A DNA stretch of 32,000 nucleotides from Micrococcus luteus NCTC 2665. Lineage in GTDB: Bacteria; Actinomycetota; Actinomycetes; Actinomycetales; Micrococcaceae. The translations under genes and the position numbers were made by a program. The notes below the pieces were generated by a model that ran no database searches, was not told the DNA's origin, and saw only the letters and a list, made by a program, of their open reading frames with translations. This document shows, in pieces, positions 9,092-17,251 of this stretch (positions are counted from its first letter, which is position 1; every line of letters begins with the position of its first letter). Location of the stretch: positions 1,290,001-1,322,000 of the forward strand of contig NC_012803.1 in assembly GCF_000023205.1 (NCBI RefSeq). The letters run 5' to 3'.

Positions 9092-11197
9092 ATGACATCT
9101 TCACCCGTCGCGGTCTCGCCCCTGCTCCAGCCGATCACTCTGGGCCCCCTCACGCTGCCCAACCGGGTGGTCATGGCCTCGATGCACATGGGACTGGAGG
9201 ATCGACACGACGACCTGCCGCAGCTGGCGGCGTTCTACGCGGAGCGGGCACGCGGCGGCGTCGGACTCATCGTCACCGGCGGCCTGGGCGTCGTCCGCGA
9301 GGGCGCGGTGACGCTGGGCGGGGGGATGCTCACCAGCGCGGAGGACGCGCGCGCCCATCGCGTCGTCACGGACGCCGTCCACGCAGCCGGGGGCAGGATC
9401 CTCGCCCAGCTGCTGCACGCCGGACGCTACGCCCCGAGCCCCGACCTGGTCTCGGCCTCCGCGGTGCGAGCCCCGATCTCGCGCCACACGCCCCGGGAGA
9501 TGACGACCGCGGACATCGAGCGGACCGTGAGCGCGTTCGCACGCGCGGCCACGTTGGCCCTGGAGGCCGGATACGACGGCGTGGAGATCATGGCCTCGGA
9601 GGGCTACCTCCTCAACCAGTTCCTCGCCCCGGCGACGAATCGACGCGCGGACGAGTACGGGGGTGACGCCGAGCGCCGGCGCCGGTTCCCGGTCGCGGTG
9701 GTCGCAGCGGTGCGCGAGGCACTGGGGGAGCGCGGTGTGCTCTCGGTGCGCACCTCCGCGGCGGACCTCGTCCCCGACGGGCAGACGCGCGCGGAGATCG
9801 CGGACACCGCCCGAGCCTTCGAGGCCGCCGGAGCGGACGTCCTGATGACCGGCATCGGGTGGCACGAGTCGCGTGTGCCGACCATCGTGACCTCCGTGCC
9901 GCGCGCCGCGTTCCTCGCCGCGTCGGCTGACCTGACCGCCGCCGTCGACATCCCCGTGATCGCCTCCAACCGGCTGACCACCCCCGCCGAGGCGGAGGCG
10001 GCGCTGACGTCCGGGGCCGCCGCTCTCGTCGGGCTGGCCCGGCCCCTGCTGGCGGACCCCGAGTGGATGGCCGCGATCAGCGACCCGCGCGCTCGGACCC
10101 TGACCCCGTGCATCGCCTGCAACCAGGCGTGCCTCGACCACGTGTTCACCGGGGCCAAGGTCTCGTGCCTGATGAACCCCCGCGCAGGGCGGGAGACGGA
10201 GCCGGAGTACGCCGCGCCCGTCCCGGTGGCCCTGGGCCGCCGGCGCCGGATCGCCGTGGTCGGTGCCGGGCCGGCGGGCCTGACGGCGGCGGAGCGTGCG
10301 GCCCGGTTCGGGCACGAGGTCACCCTGTTCGACCGGCACGCCGAGCCCGGCGGCCAGTTCCGGCTTGCCCGGCGCATCCCCGGCAAGGAGGAGTTCGGTC
10401 CCGCGCTGGAGCACCTGGCGGCCCGCGCGGCGGCATCCGGGGTGACGCTCGTGACCGGGGAGGAGGTCTCTGCACAGGCACTCCTGACGGACGATGGGCG
10501 GCCGGGCTACGACGAGGTGCTCCTCACCACCGGCGTGCGGCCGCGGCCCGTCGATCTGCCCGGGGCGGGGGAGCCGGGCGCGCCCGCCGTCCATGCGTAC
10601 GACGACGTGGTCCTGGGACACGTCGACGTCGGCCCGCGCGTCGCGGTGATCGGCGCCGGCGGCGTGGGCGTGGATGTCGCCGAGGCCCTGGCGGCCGGCA
10701 CGGAACGGCCGGACGGGACACCCGAGACACAGGAGCACTGGCGGGCCCGCTGGGGCGTGGCCCTGACCTCGGAGACGCCGGGCCAGCTGGCGAAGCCAGC
10801 CGCGGCCCGCCCCGGGCGAGAGGTCCACCTGCTCCAGCGCAGCCCCGGACCGATCGGCGCCCGACTGCGCCCCACGACCGGCTGGGTGCACCGCGCCGAG
10901 CTGCGGCAGCACGGGGTCCACCTGCACTCCGGTGTGACCTACGAGGGCGTCGGCCCCGACGGCCTGCGCGTGACCGCGCCGTCCCCGGAGGACCCCGAGG
11001 CCCGCGTGGCGCTGACCCTGGACGTGACGGACGTCGTCGTGTGCGCCGGGCAGGTGTCCGAGACGGATCTCGTCGAGGACCTCGTGGCCGCGGGCTACGC
11101 GCCGGAGGCGGTGCGCCTGATCGGCGGCGCGGCCGAAGCCCGCGAGCTCGACGCCTACCGGGCCATGGACCACGCCGTGCGGGCCGTGCAGGGCTGA
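9092..11197 (+). CDS. fadH: NADPH-dependent 2,4-dienoyl-CoA reductase-like flavoprotein (OYE domain + 4Fe-4S + FAD/NAD domain)
   Basis: The start is taken at ATG 9092 (MTSSPVAVSPLLQPITLGPLTLPNRVVMASMH). It has an old-yellow-enzyme-like N-terminal domain, the Cys cluster CIACNQACLDHV..KVSC, and Rossmann motifs VVGAGPAGL and VIGAGGVGVD. Confidence 0.8.
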   Translation: MTSSPVAVSPLLQPITLGPLTLPNRVVMASMHMGLEDRHDDLPQLAAFYAERARGGVGLIVTGGLGVVREGAVTLGGGMLTSAEDARAHRVVTDAVHAAGGRILAQLLHAGRYAPSPDLVSASAVRAPISRHTPREMTTADIERTVSAFARAATLALEAGYDGVEIMASEGYLLNQFLAPATNRRADEYGGDAERRRRFPVAVVAAVREALGERGVLSVRTSAADLVPDGQTRAEIADTARAFEAAGADVLMTGIGWHESRVPTIVTSVPRAAFLAASADLTAAVDIPVIASNRLTTPAEAEAALTSGAAALVGLARPLLADPEWMAAISDPRARTLTPCIACNQACLDHVFTGAKVSCLMNPRAGRETEPEYAAPVPVALGRRRRIAVVGAGPAGLTAAERAARFGHEVTLFDRHAEPGGQFRLARRIPGKEEFGPALEHLAARAAASGVTLVTGEEVSAQALLTDDGRPGYDEVLLTTGVRPRPVDLPGAGEPGAPAVHAYDDVVLGHVDVGPRVAVIGAGGVGVDVAEALAAGTERPDGTPETQEHWRARWGVALTSETPGQLAKPAAARPGREVHLLQRSPGPIGARLRPTTGWVHRAELRQHGVHLHSGVTYEGVGPDGLRVTAPSPEDPEARVALTLDVTDVVVCAGQVSETDLVEDLVAAGYAPEAVRLIGGAAEARELDAYRAMDHAVRAVQG

Positions 11198-11256
11198 GCC
11201 GCGCCGCCGGCCGGCGGGCCCTCGCGGGAGAGCGACGTCAGGGCTACGGTCGGGGC

Positions 11257-11805
11257 ATGGCTCTCATCTACACCGCACGCCTGGACCCGGACAAGCCCGA
11301 ATGGATCCGCCGCCGCCTCGTGGCGCACGGACTGCCCGCGGACGTGACCGCCGAGAAGGTCGGCTCGTACCGGTTCGACGATCCCGCCGGCGAGATCGGC
11401 GTCGAGTCGATGCTCGTGCGCGTGGGGGACCAGCTGTATCAGACCGCGTTCGCCTACCGAGGCGACGCACCCCTCGAGGGGGACGTCGTGGCCGAGGCGG
11501 AGCACTCCGTCCTGGGACACCGCTGGGTCGTGGACGCCGCCACCGACCCGGACGCGCGCCGCATCCTCGCGGCGGCCGTGCGCGGCGAGATCCCGCAGGC
11601 CCGGCTCGAGATGCACGACGAGTCCGGGACCTACCTCGAGACGCGCGCCCCGGACCTCACCCTCCGCGTGATCGGCGCCGATGCGACGGGGGAGCTTGAG
11701 GTGCCGGTCGAGCTGTCGGAGACGGATGAGGCGGACCTCGACGGTCCGCGGTGCCTGATCGCCGAGGGAGACGGTGTGCGGGCTGTCGTCGCGCGCCTTT
11801 CCTGA
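11257..11805 (+). CDS. maltokinase N-terminal cap-like domain protein (uncharacterised)
   Basis: Internal ATG at 11257, 182 aa. The pattern LDPDKPEWIRRRL..GSYRFDDPAGEIGVESMLV..AYRGDAPLEG..HSVLGHRWVVDAATDP resembles this widespread actinobacterial family from memory. No search was run. Confidence 0.5.
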   Translation: MALIYTARLDPDKPEWIRRRLVAHGLPADVTAEKVGSYRFDDPAGEIGVESMLVRVGDQLYQTAFAYRGDAPLEGDVVAEAEHSVLGHRWVVDAATDPDARRILAAAVRGEIPQARLEMHDESGTYLETRAPDLTLRVIGADATGELEVPVELSETDEADLDGPRCLIAEGDGVRAVVARLS

Positions 11806-11810
11806 GGGGC

Positions 11811-11839
11811 GGTCCGCGCGGTCAGAGGCCGCGCGGACC
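11811..11839. terminator. bidirectional terminator-like hairpin between convergent genes
   Basis: A perfect 11-bp stem GGTCCGCGCGG / CCGCGCGGACC carries a 7-nt loop. It starts 6 nt after the plus-strand stop and overlaps the last codons of the minus-strand gene. Confidence 0.55.
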
Positions 11840-12067
11840 CCAGGACCGCAGCCGGCGATGGCTGGTGAGCGACATGTACAGCGCGATGCACCAGCCGAGG
11901 ACGGTCCACCCGGTGAGCAGGTTCACCCAGAACACCGCCCACACGTTGGAACGGCCACGGACGGCGGCGATGGCCCACGGAGCCAGGTAGCCCGCCGTCG
12001 CGATGGCCAGGACGACGGCGATCGTCGCGTGCAGGGGGCGGTCGCGCTGGTCGGTCATGATCGTCAT
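11822..12067 (-). CDS. small membrane protein of the superinfection-immunity (Imm-like) family
   Basis: 81 aa with two TM helices. The motif GYLAPWAIAAVRGRSNVWAVFWVNLLTGWTVLGWCIALYMSL matches the Y.LP..IA..R.H.N....N...GWT..GW..AL pattern of that family. Confidence 0.6.
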   Translation of the reverse strand: MTIMTDQRDRPLHATIAVVLAIATAGYLAPWAIAAVRGRSNVWAVFWVNLLTGWTVLGWCIALYMSLTSHRRLRSWGPRGL

Positions 12068-12131
12068 GGGTCCAGGCTACGCGCGAGACCCGCCGCGCGG
12101 GCGTCCCTGTCCGCCGTTCTGCGTTGCGCCG

Positions 12132-12145
12132 ATAATGTACATTAT
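12132..12145. promoter_or_regulatory. perfect 14-bp AT-rich palindrome ATAATGTACATTAT (candidate operator)
   Basis: This is a conspicuous AT-rich island in a very GC-rich window. It lies in the spacer between the HTH gene stop (12261) and the Imm-like gene start (12067). TTGACA on the minus strand abuts it at 12145-12150. Confidence 0.3.
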
Positions 12146-12260
12146 GTCAACTAGCCCGTCCTTCGCCTCCCCTTCGGACGGTCGCCTGCACGGCACGCGC
12201 CACATCGGGACCTGGCCCAGGAGGTCGCGCCGGTCGACGCCGGCGCCGCGTACCGGCGAT

Positions 12261-12914
12261 TCACTCCCCCGGGTCTGTGGACAGCCGGTCCAGCAACGGC
12301 AGGACGGCCGCCACCGCCGTCCGGCTCTCATGCCAGAGCCCGTGTCTCAACCGGGAATAGACGGCCTGCTGACTGATCCCGAGTTCGGCCGCCGCCTCTC
12401 GTTGACTGGCGCCGGCTTCGACCAGCCGTCCCGCCGCGTGCTGGTCAGCGGACCGGCGCCGTTCCACTGCGGCGACCAGCTGCAGGGTGGCCTCCGCACA
12501 GCGCAGATCAGCCTCTCGGCCGGACTCCGAGGCGCGGCCCGGGCGACCTCCGGCCGGCAGCACGAGTCGGCCCGGTGCCCGCCGGGCGCGCCGCCGCTCG
12601 GCTGGCGTCAGATACGACAACGCTGAGTCCTTGTCGGAGCCACCCTCGGGATCCAGCATCACCGCCCAGGACCCGGTCCGCACGGCCCACAACGCCAGGC
12701 CCACCGCAGCCGCCGCGTCGTCGAGGACGACGGCCAGCTCGCCGTCGTGCGGCGCCGCATCGTCGTCCACCGGGTCGGATTCGTCGCCGAGCCACATCGC
12801 CGCGGTCACAGCCGCGTCCGGGCGGGGATCGTCGCGCAGCGCGGTTGCCAGACGCCGCGCGTCCTCAGCCGTGGCGGTGGTCGGTCGGATGAGCACCAGA
12901 TGTACGGACACCAT
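12261..12914 (-). CDS. hypothetical protein with C-terminal helix-turn-helix (possibly SatD-like)
   Basis: 217 aa. The C-terminal segment GASQREAAAELGISQQAVYSRLRHG looks like a sigma-70 region-4/LuxR-type HTH. The N-terminal half is Ala/Asp-rich and not recognisable. Confidence 0.45.
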   Translation of the reverse strand: MVSVHLVLIRPTTATAEDARRLATALRDDPRPDAAVTAAMWLGDESDPVDDDAAPHDGELAVVLDDAAAAVGLALWAVRTGSWAVMLDPEGGSDKDSALSYLTPAERRRARRAPGRLVLPAGGRPGRASESGREADLRCAEATLQLVAAVERRRSADQHAAGRLVEAGASQREAAAELGISQQAVYSRLRHGLWHESRTAVAAVLPLLDRLSTDPGE

Positions 12915-12950
12915 GCCCAGAGTCTATCTCTGACAAAGGCAATGTCTTGT

Positions 12951-12958
12951 CGTACGGC
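12951..12958. repeat. target-site duplication of IS256 copy A (CGTACGGC), left copy
   Basis: It is identical to 14384-14391 and directly abuts the IS end. The preceding T also matches, so a 9-bp duplication is possible. Confidence 0.75.
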
Positions 12959-14383
12959 GGTCAAGTCCCGAGTAGTGGTGTAACGCTCTGATCCTCCATT
13001 GGTGCTGTTAGGCGCTGAGTTCGAGGGTGGTTTCCGGTTCGGCGTTCACCTCGTTCCCGGTGTCGTCCACGGTGGTGAGGCGGCAGCGGGCCAACACCTC
13101 GAGGCCGAGGTAGCGGCGGCCCTCGGCCCACTCATCGGTCTGCTCAGCCAGCACCGCCCCGACCAGGCGCACGATCGCTGCCCGGTTCGGGAAGATGCCC
13201 ACGGCGTCGGTGCGACGCCGGATCTCGCGGTTGAGCCGTTCGGCCGGGTTGTTCGACCAGATCTGGGTCCACACGTCCTTGGGGAACGTGGTGAACGCCA
13301 GGATGTCCGCCCGGGCACCATCGAGGTGTTCGGCCACCGCGGGCAGCTTTTCGCTGACGTAGTCCAGCAGCCGGTCGAACTGGGCGTCCACGCTGGCGGC
13401 GTCGGGCTGGTCATACACCGAGTGCAGCATGGCCTTCACGGCCGGCCACATGGACTTGGGGGTGATGCCCATCAGGTTCGCCGCGTAGTGGGTCCGGCAC
13501 CGCTGCCAGGTCGCTCCGGGCAGGTTCGCGGCGATGGCGTCCTTGAGCCCGGTGTGGGCGTCGGAAGTGACCAGGCGGACTCCGGTCAGGCCCCGGGCCA
13601 CCAGGTCGGCGAAGAACTCGTTCCACGCCGACCCCGTCTCCGAGGTGGCCACCCGCAGGCCGAGGACCTCGCGGTGGCCGTCACCATTGACCCCGGTGGC
13701 CAGCAGCACCACGGCGTTGACCACCCGGCCGCCCTCGCGGACCTTCATGCTCAGCGCGTCGGCGGCCACGAACGTGAACGGCCCAGCCTCCCCGAGCGGG
13801 CGATGACGGAAGGACTCGACCTGCTCGTCCAGCTCGGTGGCCATCCGCGAGACCTGGGACTTCGACAGCGCGTTGATCCCGAGGGTCTTGACCAGTTTGT
13901 CCATCCGCCGGGTCGAGACCCCGGCCAGGTAGCAGTCGGCGACCACCGTGATCAGCGCGGATTCGGCCCTTTTGCGGCGCTCGAGCAGCCACTCCGGGAA
14001 GTACGTGCCCGACCTGAGTTTGGGGATCGCCACGTCCAGGGTCCCGACCCGGGTGTCCAGGTCCCGGTGCCGGTACCCGTTGCGCTGGGTAGCTCGGCCC
14101 GGGGTGGGTTTACCCCATTCGGCGCCGACCACCGCGTCGGCGTCAGCGGAGAGCAGGGAGTTGATCACGGTCTGCAGCAACGAACGCATCAAATCCGGGG
14201 ATGCTTCGGACAGGGCTTCGCCGAGCAGGCCGGCAGGGTCGACAATATGAGGAGCGGTCATCGTGATGACTCCGTTCGAGGATTCTGTGGAAGGTTGACT
14301 CGAAGGATCACACGGTGGCCGCGTCCACATCCGGAACGACGTGCCCAGTCACCGTGCGCTACACCACTCTATGGGGCACTACT
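12959..14383 (-). mobile_element. IS256-family insertion sequence, copy A (about 1425 bp)
   Basis: It contains a Mutator/IS256 transposase gene. The imperfect terminal inverted repeats are GGTCAAGTCCCGAGTAGTGGTGTAACGC and AGTAGTGCCCCATAGAGTGGTGTAGCGC, read inward from each end. It is flanked by an 8-bp direct repeat. Boundaries are +/-1 bp. Confidence 0.9.
13008..14261 (-). CDS. IS256-family (Mutator-type) transposase
   Basis: 417 aa when started at MTAPHIVDP, the same start as copy B. Motifs include GYRHRDLDTRVGTLDVAIPKLR, DGHREVLG, SDAHTGLKDAI, WQRCRTHY and NPAERLNREIRRR. Confidence 0.95.
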   Translation of the reverse strand: MTAPHIVDPAGLLGEALSEASPDLMRSLLQTVINSLLSADADAVVGAEWGKPTPGRATQRNGYRHRDLDTRVGTLDVAIPKLRSGTYFPEWLLERRKRAESALITVVADCYLAGVSTRRMDKLVKTLGINALSKSQVSRMATELDEQVESFRHRPLGEAGPFTFVAADALSMKVREGGRVVNAVVLLATGVNGDGHREVLGLRVATSETGSAWNEFFADLVARGLTGVRLVTSDAHTGLKDAIAANLPGATWQRCRTHYAANLMGITPKSMWPAVKAMLHSVYDQPDAASVDAQFDRLLDYVSEKLPAVAEHLDGARADILAFTTFPKDVWTQIWSNNPAERLNREIRRRTDAVGIFPNRAAIVRLVGAVLAEQTDEWAEGRRYLGLEVLARCRLTTVDDTGNEVNAEPETTLELSA

Positions 14384-14391
14384 CGTACGGC
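14384..14391. repeat. target-site duplication of IS256 copy A (CGTACGGC), right copy
   Basis: It is identical to 12951-12958 and directly abuts the other IS end. Confidence 0.75.
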
Positions 14392-14456
14392 ACGTTCGCC
14401 GAGCCGCCCCCGGCCGTACGATCCGCCTCGACTTCGCGGTGGGCCAGACTGGATGC

Positions 14457-14873
14457 ATGACGTCCTCCCCCTCCGCCCGTCGTGCCGTGCCCGCCGAGCA
14501 CCGTGACCCGCGCGGCGCCCTGCCGGCGCTTGCCGTCGACCTCCTGCTCACCCTTCTCTTCGTGGCTCTGGGCCAGGGGCAGCACGCGACGGAGCGCGGG
14601 CCGCTGGGTCTGCTGGTCACGGCGGCGCCGTTCCTCGCGGGTCTCCTGCTCATGACCGGGCTGACCGTCGGACACCGTACCTGGGCCCGCGTGTGGCCCC
14701 ACGGCGTGATCGTTTGGCTGGGGACCGTCGCCGTCGGGATGGTCCTGCGCGTGGCCTTCGGCCTCGGTGGCGCACCCGTGTCCTTCGTGCTCGTGGCGCT
14801 GGGGGTGCTGGGCGTCCTGCTCCTGGGTCGCCGGGCCGTGACCGCCTGGCTGGTGCGCCGCACCCGGAGGTGA
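14457..14873 (+). CDS. DUF3054-like integral membrane protein
   Basis: Internal ATG at 14457, 138 aa with four hydrophobic helices (LAVDLLLTLLFVALGQ..). A small membrane protein sits upstream of the lrp-like gene and trpD/ctaE in many actinobacteria. The family assignment is from memory. Confidence 0.55.
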   Translation: MTSSPSARRAVPAEHRDPRGALPALAVDLLLTLLFVALGQGQHATERGPLGLLVTAAPFLAGLLLMTGLTVGHRTWARVWPHGVIVWLGTVAVGMVLRVAFGLGGAPVSFVLVALGVLGVLLLGRRAVTAWLVRRTRR

Positions 14874-14941
14874 GGGGTCGGCGCGGGGCTAGGATCATCG
14901 CGGACACCGGACCCGCAGCATCGAGGAAATGAGGACCGCCC

Positions 14942-15223
14942 GTGGTCACCGCCATCGTCTTGATCAAGACCGACAAATCCAGCATCCCGGAGACCGCCGA
15001 GACCCTCGCCGCGCTCGAGGGGGTCGGGTCGGTCTACTCAGTGACCGGCGCGTGGGACCTGGTGGCGATGGTCAAGGTGCGCCGCTACGAGGACCTCGCC
15101 GACGTGATCGCCGACCACCTCTCCAAGGTCGACGGGATCCAGGACACCGAGACCATGCTGGCCTTCCGGACCTACTCGTCCGAGGACCTCGGCGAGGGAT
15201 GGGCGCTCGGCTTCGACTCCTGA
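14942..15223 (+). CDS. stand-alone Lrp/AsnC ligand-binding (RAM) domain protein
   Basis: GTG start, 93 aa. AIVLIKTDKSSIPETAETLAALEGVGSVYSVTGAWDLVAMVKV..DTETMLAF is a typical AsnC-type effector domain. No HTH is present. Confidence 0.8.
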   Translation: MVTAIVLIKTDKSSIPETAETLAALEGVGSVYSVTGAWDLVAMVKVRRYEDLADVIADHLSKVDGIQDTETMLAFRTYSSEDLGEGWALGFDS

Positions 15224-15233
15224 GCGTCCTCTT

Positions 15234-15271
15234 GACGACGGGCCCCACCTCGCCGGTGAGGGCCCGTCGTC
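15234..15271. terminator. hairpin between convergent lrp-like gene and trpD
   Basis: A 12-bp stem GACGACGGGCCC / GGGCCCGTCGTC encloses a further CACC/GGTG pairing. It lies 11 nt after the plus-strand stop and 7 nt after the trpD stop. Confidence 0.5.
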
Positions 15272-15277
15272 GCACCA

Positions 15278-16378
15278 TCAGGACCGGGAGAAGGCGACCC
15301 AGCGCTCCAGGACGTCCCGCGCGGCGCCGGAGTCGATCGACTCGGCGGCCCGCGTCATGTTGGCCGCCAGTCGCTCGATCAGCGGCGCCTCCGCGTCGCG
15401 GTCCCAGGCCGTCAGGCCCGCGGCCGCGTTGAGGAGGACGGCGTCGCGGATCGGGCCCTTCTCCCCCGCCAGCAGAGCGCGGACGAGGGTCGCATTGTAG
15501 GCGCCGTCCCGCCCGGCCAGAGCCTGGACGGGGGCCAGGGCGACGCCCAGCTCCCGGGGATCGAGCTCGTGGGTGCGCACACCGTCCCGGACCTCCATGA
15601 CGGTCGACGGCCCCGACGTCGTGATCTTGTCCCGGCCGTCCGCCCCGCGGAAGACGAAGCCGCGCACCCCCCGGTCCACGAGCACCTGGGCGAGCAGCGG
15701 GACCATGGCCTCGCTCGAGCAGCCCAGGGCCTGGGCGGTGACCTGGGCCGGATTGCTCAGCGGGCCGAGGAAGTTGAACACGGTGGGCACTCCAAGCTGC
15801 TTGCGCACTGGGGCCACGTACTTCATGGACGGGTGGTAGTTCTGGGCGAAGAGGAACGTGATGCCCACGGCCTCGGCGCACTCCTCGGCCTTCCGGGCCG
15901 GCATGGACAGGTCGACGCCGAGGGCCTCGATCACGTCGGCCGCGCCGGCGGTGGACGAGGCGCCGCGGTTCCCGTGCTTGACGATCCGCGCGCCCGCACC
16001 GGCGGCCACGAGCGAGGACATCGTGGACAGGTTCACGGTGCCCAGGCGGTCGCCGCCCGTGCCCACGACGTCGAGGGTCTCCCCCGGCACGTGCACCGGG
16101 TTCGCCGCCTGCACCATCGCCTCGGTCAGGCCCCGCAGCTCCGGCACCGTCACCCCCTTGGCGGCCAGGGCGAGGAGGAATCCGCCCACCTGCCCCTCGG
16201 TGGCGTCGCCGGCCATCATCTCCCCCATGGCCCACGCGGCGACGTCGTCGCTGAGGTCCTCCCCGAGGGTGAGGGCGCGGAAGACCTCCGGCCAGGAGGT
16301 CCCAAGGACTGCTGCGGTGTTCTCGGGGGTGCTCACGCACTGAGCGTAGCGGCCCGGCCGTACCCGGGAACGCGCCAT
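15278..16378 (-). CDS. trpD: anthranilate phosphoribosyltransferase
   Basis: 366 aa from ATG 16378; an alternative GTG start is at 16336. Motifs are [32 protein letters not shown] and [13 protein letters not shown]. It is divergent from ctaE, as in mycobacteria. Confidence 0.9.
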   Translation of the reverse strand: MARSRVRPGRYAQCVSTPENTAAVLGTSWPEVFRALTLGEDLSDDVAAWAMGEMMAGDATEGQVGGFLLALAAKGVTVPELRGLTEAMVQAANPVHVPGETLDVVGTGGDRLGTVNLSTMSSLVAAGAGARIVKHGNRGASSTAGAADVIEALGVDLSMPARKAEECAEAVGITFLFAQNYHPSMKYVAPVRKQLGVPTVFNFLGPLSNPAQVTAQALGCSSEAMVPLLAQVLVDRGVRGFVFRGADGRDKITTSGPSTVMEVRDGVRTHELDPRELGVALAPVQALAGRDGAYNATLVRALLAGEKGPIRDAVLLNAAAGLTAWDRDAEAPLIERLAANMTRAAESIDSGAARDVLERWVAFSRS

Positions 16379-16526
16379 GTCGGGTACCGCTCGCTTCGAA
16401 CCTGGACATCACCTGGACGCCGGCCCCCGACTGTCACTGAAACCCCCCGACGGTGCTGACGACCCGTCCTGCGACACGGTAGGTTCGATTTACCGCCCGG
16501 GCGGTGTTTGGGGCCATAATGGCTGG

Positions 16527-17165
16527 GTGACCACAGCTAACCCCACTCTCCATCAGCCCACCACGGGGCTCCCGAGCCGGCCGAACATGGTGCAGGTCGG
16601 GACCATGGTGTGGCTCGCCAGCGAGCTCATGTTCTTCGGTGGGCTCTTCGCCATGTACTTCACCCTCCGCTCCACGTCTCCGGAGCTCTGGGCCGAGAAC
16701 ACCGCGATCCTCAACGTCCCGCTCGCCGCGGCGAACACGCTGATCCTGGTGCTCTCCTCCGTCACCGCCCAGTTCGGCGTCCTCGCCGCCGAGCGCCTCC
16801 AGCCCCGCCGCACCGGCGGCTTCCTGCAGTTCGGGAAGTGGGGCATGGTCGAGTGGTTCATCCTGACCTTCATCATGGGCTCGATCTTCGTGGCGGTGCA
16901 GTCCTACGAGTACGCGGTGCTCGTCTCCGAGGGCGTGACCATCGCGGCGAACGCGTACGGCTCGGCCTTCTACATCACCACCGGCTTCCACGCCCTCCAC
17001 GTGGCCGGTGGCCTCATCGCGTTCCTCTTCATCATCGGCCGCGCCTACATGGCCCGCCGGTTCGGCCATCACGAGGCCACGTCCGCGATCGTCGTGTCCT
17101 ACTACTGGCACTTCGTGGACGTCGTCTGGATCGCCCTGTTCTTCATCGTCTACTTCCTGAAGTAA
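16527..17165 (+). CDS. ctaE: cytochrome c oxidase (aa3) subunit III
   Basis: A GTG start at 16527 ([10 protein letters not shown]..) gives 212 aa. Motifs are [27 protein letters not shown] and [17 protein letters not shown]. qcrCAB follows. Confidence 0.9.
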   Translation: MTTANPTLHQPTTGLPSRPNMVQVGTMVWLASELMFFGGLFAMYFTLRSTSPELWAENTAILNVPLAAANTLILVLSSVTAQFGVLAAERLQPRRTGGFLQFGKWGMVEWFILTFIMGSIFVAVQSYEYAVLVSEGVTIAANAYGSAFYITTGFHALHVAGGLIAFLFIIGRAYMARRFGHHEATSAIVVSYYWHFVDVVWIALFFIVYFLK

Positions 17166-17251
17166 GACGACCCTCACTCACCGCACCGACGTCAGGTACG
17201 GGCCGGGGGCACGCAGCGGTCCGGCCCGTAAGAGAACGATAGGAAACCCCC

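Noticed and set aside
12999-14873. A 624-aa plus-strand ORF running antisense through IS256 copy A into the DUF3054 gene. Its twin at 23020-24444 lies opposite copy B.
   Set aside because: The IS-internal part is the antisense shadow of the transposase frame and is identical in both copies only because the DNA is identical. Only the last 138 codons, from ATG 14457, look like a real membrane protein.
16385-16410. A TTCGAACC motif reminiscent of a tRNA T-arm.
   Set aside because: No acceptor or anticodon stem pairing could be built around it. It lies in the trpD/ctaE divergent spacer.
16377-16526. A 50-codon N-terminal extension of ctaE from ATG 16377.
   Set aside because: The extension overlaps the trpD start, is Pro/Gly/Arg-rich and is absent from typical subunits of about 200-215 aa. 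The GTG at 16527 (VTTANPT..) gives the expected length. The start codon remains unverified.
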